NCBI GenBank assembly: GCA_016793095.1
Contig: JAEUJQ010000037.1
Span: 140,244 to 204,243 of the forward strand
Direction: 5' to 3'
Length of the DNA stretch: 64,000 nucleotides
DNA from: Myxococcaceae bacterium
Lineage (GTDB): Bacteria > Myxococcota > Myxococcia > Myxococcales > Myxococcaceae
Under the pieces are notes generated by a model, which was not told the DNA's origin, did not search any database, and was given only the letters and a program-made list of their open reading frames with translations. Below are positions 19,388 through 26,836 of this stretch, piece after piece. Both the position numbers and the translations under genes were made by a program. How positions within the stretch are numbered: position 1 is the first letter of the stretch; each line of letters opens with the position of its first letter.

Positions 19388-21013
19388 TCACTCGTAGGGG
19401 TTCGTCTCGTCCACCGTCAGCTTGCCGCCCTTCTTGCCCGTGGGCGGGGGTCTGCCGGTCTTCGGCTCCTTCGGCTGCTTCACCCCGTCGGGCTGCGCGG
19501 GACCTCCGCCAGCGGCGGCGACGAGGCGCTCGAGCGTGAACGTCTCCTCGCGGGGGACGTCGAACGACACGTTCAGCGTGCGGGCCTCGTGCCCCTGCGC
19601 CGACGCGATGACGGAGAGCGAGGTGCCCTTCTCGCGCGTGACGGTGACCGGGTTGCCCTCGAGCTTCTCGCCGTCCACCTCGAAGCGCGTCGAGGGGGGC
19701 TCGGCCTTCAGCGTCACCGCGACGCTGACGGGGACGGCGGGCTTCGGCGGCTCGGGCGCCTTCGGGGTCCGGTCGGGAGGCTCTGACGCCTTCGCGGGGA
19801 GCTTCACCACCACGGGCTCGTCTTCGCTCTTGCCGAGCGCGAGGAAGAGGCCGGCGCCGACGATGAGGCCCACCGCAGCGATGGCGACGCCGATGACGAG
19901 GCCAGACCGGCTCGCGGGCGGCGCGTCATCGACCGACTCCAGCGAGGTCGCGGAGCGCTGCGAGGGCGGCGGAGTCTTCGCGCGGCGAGCCGGTGAGCGT
20001 GGGGCGGGCTCCTCGTCCATCGTCTGCGCGGCGGGCGTCTTCGCGACGGAGCTCCGACGTCCCGGGGAGGTGCCCGGCAGGCGGGCGGGGCCGGAAGGAG
20101 GCCTCGGCGTTCCGCCAGAGACGGTGCGTGCGCCGGCCTCCTGCGCGATGTCGTAGAGCGTGGAGAGGTCGCCCGGCTTCACCAGGGCCTGCAGCGACTC
20201 CTTCACCTTTGTCGCGTCTCTCGGGCGGCGCTCCGGCTCCTTCACCAGCAGCGAGTCGACGAAGGCGCAGAGCTTCGCGGGCAGGTCAGGGCGCACGGTG
20301 CCGAGCGGGTCGTGCTCTTCCTTGAGCAGCTTGGCGAGCGTGGCGATGTCGCTGTCGGCGTCGTACGGGGCGCGGCCGCCGAGCAGCTCATAGAGCACGG
20401 CGCCCACCGAGTAGAGGTCGGCGCCGGGTCCGAGCGTCTTCTGTCCGAGCACCTGCTCAGGCGCCATGTACTTGGGTGTGCCGACGGCCGTGCCCGAGTG
20501 CGTGAGGCCCGTGGACTGGCCGAAGCGGGAGATGCCGAAGTCGAGCAGCTTCACCAGCCGCTGCGGCCGGGTGCAGAGGAAGATGTTGGCGGGCTTGATG
20601 TCGCGGTGAATGACGTTGGCGGTGTGCGCGGCGGCGAGGGCGTCGAGCAGGGGGCTGATGATGCCGACCGCCTCGGCTGGCGCGAAGACGCCGTGCTTCT
20701 TGTAGACGGCCTTCAGCGTCGCGCCCTCGAGGTACTCCATGACGATGAAGGGCTCGCCGTCGTCCGTCTCGCCCATGTCGAGCACGTCGACGATGCCGGG
20801 GTGGTTGATGACGGCCGCGGCGCGGGCCTCGAGCTCGAAGCGCTTCAGCACGTCGTCCCGGTCCGCGAGGTCGGCGATGAGCACCTTGATGGCGACGCGC
20901 CGGCCGATGGCCCTGTTGGTCGCCGAGTACACGGCGCCCATGCCGCCTTTCCCGAGCACGCCATCGATGAGGTACTTGCCGGCGAACGTGGTGCCGGCCT
21001 CGAGGACTGTCAC
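19388..21013 (-). CDS. Ser/Thr protein kinase (Hanks type) with a Pro-rich linker, a TM helix and a C-terminal PEGA-like domain.
   Basis: GKGGMGAVY, VAIKVL, HRDIKPANIFL, DFGIS, GTPKYMAPE. Then a P/S/A-rich segment, a TM helix (LVIGVAIAAVGLIVGAGLFLAL) and a PEGA-like C-terminus. Confidence 0.9.
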   Translation of the reverse strand: MTVLEAGTTFAGKYLIDGVLGKGGMGAVYSATNRAIGRRVAIKVLIADLADRDDVLKRFELEARAAAVINHPGIVDVLDMGETDDGEPFIVMEYLEGATLKAVYKKHGVFAPAEAVGIISPLLDALAAAHTANVIHRDIKPANIFLCTRPQRLVKLLDFGISRFGQSTGLTHSGTAVGTPKYMAPEQVLGQKTLGPGADLYSVGAVLYELLGGRAPYDADSDIATLAKLLKEEHDPLGTVRPDLPAKLCAFVDSLLVKEPERRPRDATKVKESLQALVKPGDLSTLYDIAQEAGARTVSGGTPRPPSGPARLPGTSPGRRSSVAKTPAAQTMDEEPAPRSPARRAKTPPPSQRSATSLESVDDAPPASRSGLVIGVAIAAVGLIVGAGLFLALGKSEDEPVVVKLPAKASEPPDRTPKAPEPPKPAVPVSVAVTLKAEPPSTRFEVDGEKLEGNPVTVTREKGTSLSVIASAQGHEARTLNVSFDVPREETFTLERLVAAAGGGPAQPDGVKQPKEPKTGRPPPTGKKGGKLTVDETNPYE

Positions 21014-21450
21014 GACGAGGAGTGTACCCCACGAGGGGCGGCCGTCTCGTTCGGCGGTGGCTGATCACCGGGCGCATCCCACATTCGCGGCTCGCACGGG
21101 CGCGTCGTCTTCACGCCCGCAACTCGACGACGAAGCCCGCGTCCAGGTTGATCCCGCACGACCGTGGAGGTGGACCGAGTCGCGGGCCGAACCTGCCGAA
21201 TGGGCCGACCGGCGCGCCGGCCACGTCGTCAATGGTTCGGAGTACCCGGACGAGGGCCGCACCGCAGCAGTCCACGCGAGCTGGCGAAGCTGACTGCCGA
21301 GAAGGCGGCTCCAGGCGAGGGACCAGGTGTTCCAGGACTGGAACCCGCTCGAGACCGCGCGGCAGAAGGCCGCCCCCGGGGGACACCCCATGCCCTCCGC
21401 AGGAGACACGGCTCCTGTCGGGCTCACCTCGAGGAGCCCCCACGCGGCTG

Positions 21451-21688
21451 GAGGGTGGGCTGCGGAGCTCGTGAGGGTGGGTTGCGGAGCTCGTGAGGGT
21501 GGGTTGCGGGGCTCGTGAGGGTGGGCTGCGGAGCTCGTGAGGGTGGGTTGCGGAGCTCGTGAGGGTGGGTTGCGGAGCTCGTGAGGGTGGGTTGCGGAGC
21601 TCGCGAGGGTGGGTTGCGGAGCTCGTGAGGGTGGGCTGCGGAGCTCGTGAGGGTGGGTTGCGGAGCTCGTGAGAGTGGGTTGCGGAGC
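21451..21688. repeat. Perfect or near-perfect tandem array of a 22-bp unit GAGGGTGGG(T/C)TGCGGAGCTCGT, about 10.8 copies, in a 1.3-kb divergent intergenic region.
   Basis: Read directly. Units differ only by C/T at position 10 and rare single substitutions. The array is followed by the 12-bp perfect palindrome GTGCACGTGCAC (about 21696..21707). No spacers are present, so this is not CRISPR. Confidence 0.9.
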
Positions 21689-21778
21689 GTGGGGGTGCAC
21701 GTGCACCGCGCCCTCAACTGATGTGAGCGGAAGCGCCCGAACGCACGGTCGGCGGCGCGTGCCCGGGCCGCGAGTCCT

Positions 21779-21815
21779 GCAATTCGTTGCGCCCGCCAAC
21801 ATTGTGCAGGACTCG
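21779..21815. repeat. Copy 1 of a dispersed 36-bp direct repeat pair (ATTCGTTGCGCCCGCCAACATTGTGCAGGACTCG).
   Basis: A second copy with 4 mismatches (GATTCGTTGCCGCCTCCAACATTCTGCAGGACTCG) lies about 124 bp downstream. Both are intergenic. Confidence 0.8.
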
Positions 21816-21902
21816 TGACGCCCGATCACCGCAGGCGCTCGCGCCCGCCGCACCACGCGACGCCTTCCGCAGGAGGAGCGGCTGTGGTCGTCGGGAGCCC
21901 GG

Positions 21903-21940
21903 CGATTCGTTGCCGCCTCCAACATTCTGCAGGACTCGCG
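21903..21940. repeat. Copy 2 of the 36-bp direct repeat pair.
   Basis: See copy 1. The sequences were compared by eye. Confidence 0.8.
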
Positions 21941-22340
21941 GTGGGCTCAGCCCGCCACCTGTGACGTACCGCGGTCGACAGTGGGAGAGGGCGTCACCCG
22001 ACGAGGTGGCGCGGCTGACAGGGTACGCCACGGGGCGGGAGATGCTGCAGGCCAACGCCGCGTTGCCCAGGCGGGATGAGTGGGTGGAGAAGCGGGCCAA
22101 GGCCCTCGTCGAGGAGCTGGGAGGGCGCAGGGAAGTGGTTCCAGAATCCGGTAGGCGCCTCGCAGCACTGAGCAGCGCGTGCGGACGGGTGCAGTCTCCT
22201 ATGGCTCTTCTGCCGGGCGAGGGCCCTGAGCGTCGCGTCGAGGGGCCTGACGTGACAGGGGGCGCTGGCCCGCGACGAGCGCTTCCGGGAACCAACGCAT
22301 GCCTGCAAGTGAGCGCGGGTTGCGGCATAAGGCGCGCGTC

Positions 22341-23270
22341 ATGCGTGGCTTCGCTGTCCTCTGCTTGCTCCTCACGGCCTGCGCCGCGAGCGACATCCGC
22401 GTTCCCGACGAGCACGTGGTCGCCGGATCGCGCGCGAAGGGTCGCGGCGTCGAGGTCTGTGTGCTGATGCAGGAGCGCTGGCCCCGCGCGCGCTTCGAAG
22501 GTGTCGCTGAGCTCTCGTTCGCGCGGTGGGACTACGGCATCGCCTCGGTCCTCGTGAAGCACCCCGACGGCCTCGTCGTCATCGACCCGGCGTTCGGCCG
22601 CGACGTGGTGCGGGACCTCGCGCGCGCGCCGATGCTGTTCCGCCTGGCCATGGGGCCGACACGGCTCAAGCGCCCCCTGCGAGACGTGATGGAGGAGGCC
22701 GGCCTCGACCCTGAGGCGGTGACGGTCGCGCTGCCGACGCACGTGCACTGGGACCACGTGGGCGCGCTGGGCGACCTGCCGAACGCCCGCGTGCTCCTGC
22801 CGCGCGCCGAGCTCGAGTGGGCCAACACCCTGAAGGGCTATCTGGACGGCGGCGCGATGCCGCACCACCTCGCCCGCGCGAAGGAGCGGCTGCGCCTGTA
22901 CGAGTTCGACGGCCCGGCGCGTGACGGCTTCCCGTCGTCCTTCGACGTCTTCAACGACGGCTCGATCGTCGCCGTCCCCCTGCCGGGCCACACGCCCGGG
23001 CACACTGCGTTCCTCGTGAAGCTCGTGGACGGCCGCTCCGCCCTCTTCGTGGGTGACGCCTCCTGGGCAATGCGCGGCGTCGAGGCGCCGGTGCACAAGC
23101 TGATTCCCCTCGACCACGACCACGCCCAGACGGGGGAGTCGCTCGGGCTCCTGCACGCCCTGTGGCAGCACCGGAAGGACGTGCTCGTCATCCCCGCGCA
23201 CGACGCTGCCGCCCACGACCAGCTGCCCTCGTGCGTCCCGCCGCCGGCGCCCGGCACGGTGACGCGATGA
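22341..23270 (+). CDS. Metallo-beta-lactamase-fold hydrolase lipoprotein (lactonase/MBL superfamily).
   Basis: Lipoprotein signal MRGFAVLCLLLTAC. MBL motifs HVHWDHVG (HxHxDH), ...LPGHTPGHTAF..., FVGDASW. ORF 22299..23270, with an internal ATG at 22341. Confidence 0.85.
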   Translation: MRGFAVLCLLLTACAASDIRVPDEHVVAGSRAKGRGVEVCVLMQERWPRARFEGVAELSFARWDYGIASVLVKHPDGLVVIDPAFGRDVVRDLARAPMLFRLAMGPTRLKRPLRDVMEEAGLDPEAVTVALPTHVHWDHVGALGDLPNARVLLPRAELEWANTLKGYLDGGAMPHHLARAKERLRLYEFDGPARDGFPSSFDVFNDGSIVAVPLPGHTPGHTAFLVKLVDGRSALFVGDASWAMRGVEAPVHKLIPLDHDHAQTGESLGLLHALWQHRKDVLVIPAHDAAAHDQLPSCVPPPAPGTVTR

Positions 23271-23540
23271 CCACACTCGCCCACGAGCCGACGTCGACCG
23301 TGACTGCCCGCCTGAACGGTGACGCAATGACGGTACTCGCCAGGCAGAAGCCGACATCGACCGTGACTCCCGCCCCCACGGTGACGCGATGACGACACCC
23401 GCCGCCCACGAGCCGACGGCGACCGTGACTGCCCGCCGGCACGGTGACGGCGCCTGGCTCGCGCCGCTCGCAGGACACGACCATCGGGAACGGGCGCGCC
23501 TCCTCCGACGGGCGGCACGGTGACGCGATGACGACGCTCG
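23254..23540. repeat. About 62-bp tandem repeat (3 full + 1 degenerate copies). Each copy is a miniature gene junction (…ACGGTGACGCG-ATGA-CGAC…), ending at the real start of the metal-binding protein gene.
   Basis: The units begin CACGGTGACGCGATGAC(C/G)AC(A/G)C.CGCC...GAGCCGAC.TCGACCGTGACTGCCCGCC. The first copy overlaps the stop of the MBL gene. The last copy is the true ATG (MTTLACLALL...). Confidence 0.85.
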
Positions 23541-24364
23541 CCTGCCTCGCGCTCCTCACCGCCGCGCCGCTCAAGGTGGGCGTCACCCTGCACCCGTACT
23601 TCTCGTGGACCTCGCAGGTGACGAAGGGGCTGCCCGTCGAGGTGGTGCCGGTGGTGCCGGGCGACGTCGACGTCGGCAGCTACCAGCCGCGCCCGCAGGA
23701 CGTGGCCGTGCTCACGACGCTCGACGTGCTGGTGGAGAACGGCCTGGGCCACGACGCGTTCCTCGACGAAATGGTGCGCGCGGCCGGCAACCCCCGCCTC
23801 GTGCGGGTGCGGCTCAACGAGGCCACGCCGCGGCTGGTGACGAAGGACGGCGACGGGCCGAACTCGCACACGTTCCTCTCGCTCGGCAACGCGATGGCCC
23901 AGTCGTACACGCTGGCGCGCGCGCTCGCCGAGGTGCGACCCGACTGGCGGCGGCAGCTCGAGGCCAACGCCGCGACGTATGCGAAGCGGCTCCGGACGCT
24001 GCGGGCGGGCGCGGTGCGGGCCCTCGCGCCGGTGAAGGAGCGCCGCGTCGTCACCGTGCATGACGGCTACTCGTACCTGCTTCAGGAGCTGGGCCTCGAG
24101 CTGGCCGCAGTCGTAGAGCCTGCGCACGGGCTCTTGCCGTCGGCCGGCGAGCTGGCCGAGGTGGTGAGGCTGCTCCAGGCGAAGCAGGCCCGGGTGGTGT
24201 TCTCGGAAGAGTCGTTCCCGCCGGCGATGGCCGAGGTGCTGCGCGAGGCGGGCGCGCAGGTGGTGGTGGTGAGCCACATCGCGACCGGCGACTTCACGCC
24301 CGAGCGCTTCGAGGTGGAGCTGCAGCAGAACCTCGACGCCATCATCGGAGCGATGACGCGATGA
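23527..24364 (+). CDS. Metal (Zn/Mn) ABC transporter periplasmic substrate-binding protein, ZnuA/TroA (cluster A-I) family.
   Basis: Signal MTTLACLALLTAAPL. LHPYFSW, DVGSYQPRPQDVAVL, DVLVENGLGHD, HTFLS, VVTVHDGYSYLLQELGLE, AKQARVVFSEE. These are typical of the ZnuA/TroA family. The Zn-versus-Mn specificity cannot be decided. Confidence 0.8.
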
Positions 24365-24690
24365 CGACCGTGCTGTCGGCGCAGCAGGTGGCGGTGGCCG
24401 ACTCCACGCCCGAGCGCTGCGGAAGTGGAGCTGCAGCAGAACCTCGACGCCATCATCGGAGCGATGACGCGATGACGACCGCGCTGTCGGCGCAGCAGGT
24501 GGTCGGCGCCTCCACGCCCGAGCGCTTCGAGGTGGAGTTGCAGCAGAACCTCGACGCCATCATCGGAGCGATGACGCGATGACGACCGCGCTGTCGGCGC
24601 AGCAGGTGGTCGGCGCCTCCACGCCCGAGCGCTTCGAGATGGAGCTGCAGCAGAACCTCGACGCCGTCATCGGAGCGATGACGCGATGAC
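24290..24690. repeat. Tandem array (111 + 107 + 107 bp, then the authentic copy) duplicating the junction between the substrate-binding-protein gene 3' end and the ABC ATPase gene 5' end.
   Basis: Unit: ACGACCGCGCTGTCGGCGCAGCAGGTGGTCGGCGCCTCCACGCCCGAGCGCTTCGAGGTGGAGTTGCAGCAGAACCTCGACGCCATCATCGGAGCGATGACGCGATG. Each unit encodes a 36-aa chimeric mini-ORF (MTTALSAQQVVGAS+TPERFEVELQQNLDAIIGAMTR) whose TGA overlaps the next ATG (ATGA). Confidence 0.85.
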
Positions 24691-25294
24691 GACCGTGCTG
24701 TCGGCGCAGCGGGTGGCGGTGGCGGGCCGGCTCGCGCCGCTGTCCCTCACGCTGTCGCCCGGCGACGTGCACGCGCTGGTCGGGCCGAACGGGTGCGGCA
24801 AGTCGACGTTCCTGGACTGCGTCCTGGGGCTGCAGCCCTTCGACGGAACGCTCTCGCTCCTCGACGGGATGACGGTGGCCATGGTGCCGCAGGCCTTCAC
24901 GGGCTCCTCGACCTCGGCCGTTACCGTGCTCGAGCTCCTCGCTGCCTCGCGCACCACCCGGCCCTCGTGGCTCGGCCTGTCCGCCCGGGTCCGCCAGCAG
25001 TGCCTCGACGCCCTGGCGTTGACGAACGCGGCCGGTCTGGCCCCGGCGCGGCTGGCGACGCTCTCAGGTGGGGAGCTTCGCCGGGTCCTCCTGGCCGACG
25101 CGCTGGCGAAGCGGCCGGGCCTGCTGCTGCTGGACGAGCCCGAGGCCGGCCTCGATGACGCCTCTCGCGTGACGCTCGAGCGGGCGCTGACGGACGCCCG
25201 CGCATCGGGAGTGACGACCCTGTGGGTCTCGCACGACGCTGCCGCCGTGCAGCGGCTCGCGACGCACACCACGCGGGTGGGAGCGCCGGCATGA
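24686..25294 (+). CDS. ABC transporter ATP-binding protein (ZnuC-like).
   Basis: Walker A GPNGCGKST, signature LSGGELRR, Walker B LLLLDEPEAGLD, H-loop VSHD. ATGA overlap with the permease gene. Confidence 0.8.
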   Translation: MTTVLSAQRVAVAGRLAPLSLTLSPGDVHALVGPNGCGKSTFLDCVLGLQPFDGTLSLLDGMTVAMVPQAFTGSSTSAVTVLELLAASRTTRPSWLGLSARVRQQCLDALALTNAAGLAPARLATLSGGELRRVLLADALAKRPGLLLLDEPEAGLDDASRVTLERALTDARASGVTTLWVSHDAAAVQRLATHTTRVGAPA

Positions 25295-26115
25295 ACGAGT
25301 TGTTGGCGCTCGACTTCGTGAAGCGCGCGCTCCTCGCGGTGCTGCTGGCGGCGCCGATGCTGGGGTTGTTGTCTCCGCTCGTCCTCTCGCGGCGGCTCGC
25401 CTTCTTCTCGGCTGCGCTGGGGCAGGCCGTGCTCACTGGAGTGTCTCTGGGCATCCTCCTCGGAGAGCCCGCCGACGCGCCCTGGGCCAGCGTCTTCGGC
25501 TTCTCGCTGCTGTGCGGCGTGGGCCTCGTCTTCGTGCGCCGCCGCTCGTCGCTGCCGCCGGACACGCTGGTCGGCGTGCTGCTCGCCTTCACGCTCGGCC
25601 TCGGCGTGCTGCTGCTGGTGGTGGTGACGAAGCGCTTCAACGTGCACCAGCTCGAGGCGGTGATGTTCGGCTCGGTGCTGACGGTGACGCGGGCCGACCT
25701 CGTGGTGCTCGCGGTCGCGCTGGTGGTGGTGCTGGCGGGCCTCGTGCGCTTCCACAACGCCCTGCTGCTCGACGCCCTCGACGCCCGGGTGGCCGCCGCG
25801 GCGAAGCTGCCTTCGGCGGCGCTGGAGTACGGGCTGGTGGTGCTGCTCACCGTCGTCATCGTCGCCTCGGTGAAGGTGCTGGGCGCGTTGATGGTCGAGG
25901 CGATGCTGCTGGTGCCAGCGGCCGCGGGCCGGAACGTCGCCCGGAGCGTCGCGGGCCTCACCCTGGCGAGCGTGGTGGTGGCGTGCGTGAGCGCCGTCGG
26001 AGGCGTGCTCGTCTCTGCGCGCCTCAACGCGCCATCGGGCGCCGCCATCGTGCTGCTCCTCGCGGCGGCCTTCGTGCTGACGCTGCCGTTCTCGCGCCGA
26101 CATGAGTCGCGCTGA
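25291..26115 (+). CDS. ABC transporter permease (ZnuB/ABC-3 family).
   Basis: About 8 hydrophobic helices. The start MNELLALDFVKRALLAVLLAAPMLGLLSP is typical of ZnuB/MntB-type permeases. It uses an internal ATG of ORF 25222..26115. Confidence 0.8.
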   Translation: MNELLALDFVKRALLAVLLAAPMLGLLSPLVLSRRLAFFSAALGQAVLTGVSLGILLGEPADAPWASVFGFSLLCGVGLVFVRRRSSLPPDTLVGVLLAFTLGLGVLLLVVVTKRFNVHQLEAVMFGSVLTVTRADLVVLAVALVVVLAGLVRFHNALLLDALDARVAAAAKLPSAALEYGLVVLLTVVIVASVKVLGALMVEAMLLVPAAAGRNVARSVAGLTLASVVVACVSAVGGVLVSARLNAPSGAAIVLLLAAAFVLTLPFSRRHESR

Positions 26116-26389
26116 GCCGTCGAGCATGAGGTGGCTCGTCCACGCCGCAGTCGAACGGAGGGCCGTGGCGTTCCAGGCCCTCGCGTGAGGAGCGCAGCGG
26201 ACCGTGCGGGAGCTCCCGGCGCGGCCTGGGCGGCGGTCCGGCCCGGAAGCAGAAGCAAGACGCCGACGCAGGGCTGCGACGATGAGGCCGTGGACCGTGA
26301 GCAAGACATGCGGGAGCCGAGGCCCACGGGGATGGCTGGTGGGTGGTGCGCACGCCGGGACACGACGCCCCGCCCGGAGCGTGCACGGC

Positions 26390-26836
26390 TCAAGGAGCGA
26401 GGGCGGCGCCCGCCTCACTCCGCCACCACCCCAGCGCTGCGTCGAGGTTCTGCCTCGCCCGCTCGCTGAGCTGCTCGCCGAGGCCGAACTGCCACCCGCG
26501 AATCGCCAGCAGGCGCGCCCGCGGCGGCGGCTTGCCCGTCACCCGCTGGTAGACGGCCAGCAGCCCTCCCGGCGAGAGGTGGTGCGTCGAGACGGTGACG
26601 TGAGGCCCCGGCGTCAGCTCGAAGACCTCGAAGGGCTCCTTCCCCGAGGTGCTGGCGTCGACGAAGAGCACCTCGTCGCGGCCGACGAGGTCGAGCGCGT
26701 GCTCGGGCTGCAACTGGTAGTCGACGAGCATCTCGACGTCCGACCGCCGCGCCGCCTCTCCGACGAAGGCGGCCCCCAGGCCGTCGTCACCGCGCGAGGG
26801 GTTGCCCCAGCCGAACACGAGCACGCGCGCCTTCAT
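26390..26836 (-). CDS. hoxW: [NiFe]-hydrogenase maturation endopeptidase (HoxW/HybD family).
   Basis: VLVFGWGNPSRGDDGLGAAF (GNxxxxDDGxG metal-binding motif), ...HHLSP.... Size 148 aa. Immediately downstream of the large subunit, with an ATGA overlap. Confidence 0.8.
   Translation of the reverse strand: MKARVLVFGWGNPSRGDDGLGAAFVGEAARRSDVEMLVDYQLQPEHALDLVGRDEVLFVDASTSGKEPFEVFELTPGPHVTVSTHHLSPGGLLAVYQRVTGKPPPRARLLAIRGWQFGLGEQLSERARQNLDAALGWWRSEAGAALAP

Noticed and set aside
21451-21688. Could the 22-bp array be a CRISPR array?
   Set aside because: The repeats are contiguous with no unique spacers, and no cas genes are nearby. It is a simple tandem repeat.
21065-21925. 286-aa minus ORF spanning the 22-bp array (encoding PTLTSSA.HPHELRNPPSRAPQ repeats).
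   Set aside because: Pro/Ser/Arg-rich. No start-site support. Most likely a non-coding repeat read in an open GC-rich frame. This possibility is kept alive only as a caveat in the finding.
21955-22300. Possible small ORF (…DEVARLTGYATGREMLQANAALPRRDEWVEKRAKALVEELGG…) in the intergenic region upstream of the MBL gene.
   Set aside because: Only about 50 residues look protein-like. There is no clear start, RBS or stop context, and it overlaps the MBL start in another frame. Evidence is insufficient.
24361-24582. 73-aa ORF, and similar short ORFs within the 107-bp repeat array, as real genes.
   Set aside because: They are products of the duplicated znuA/znuC junction. They are reported as a repeat and a finding rather than as independent protein-coding genes.
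26116-26389. Searched for a nickel-responsive or terminator element between the znuB-like gene and hoxW (convergent).
   Set aside because: No convincing hairpin plus U-tract or palindromic operator could be identified by eye in this GC-rich spacer.
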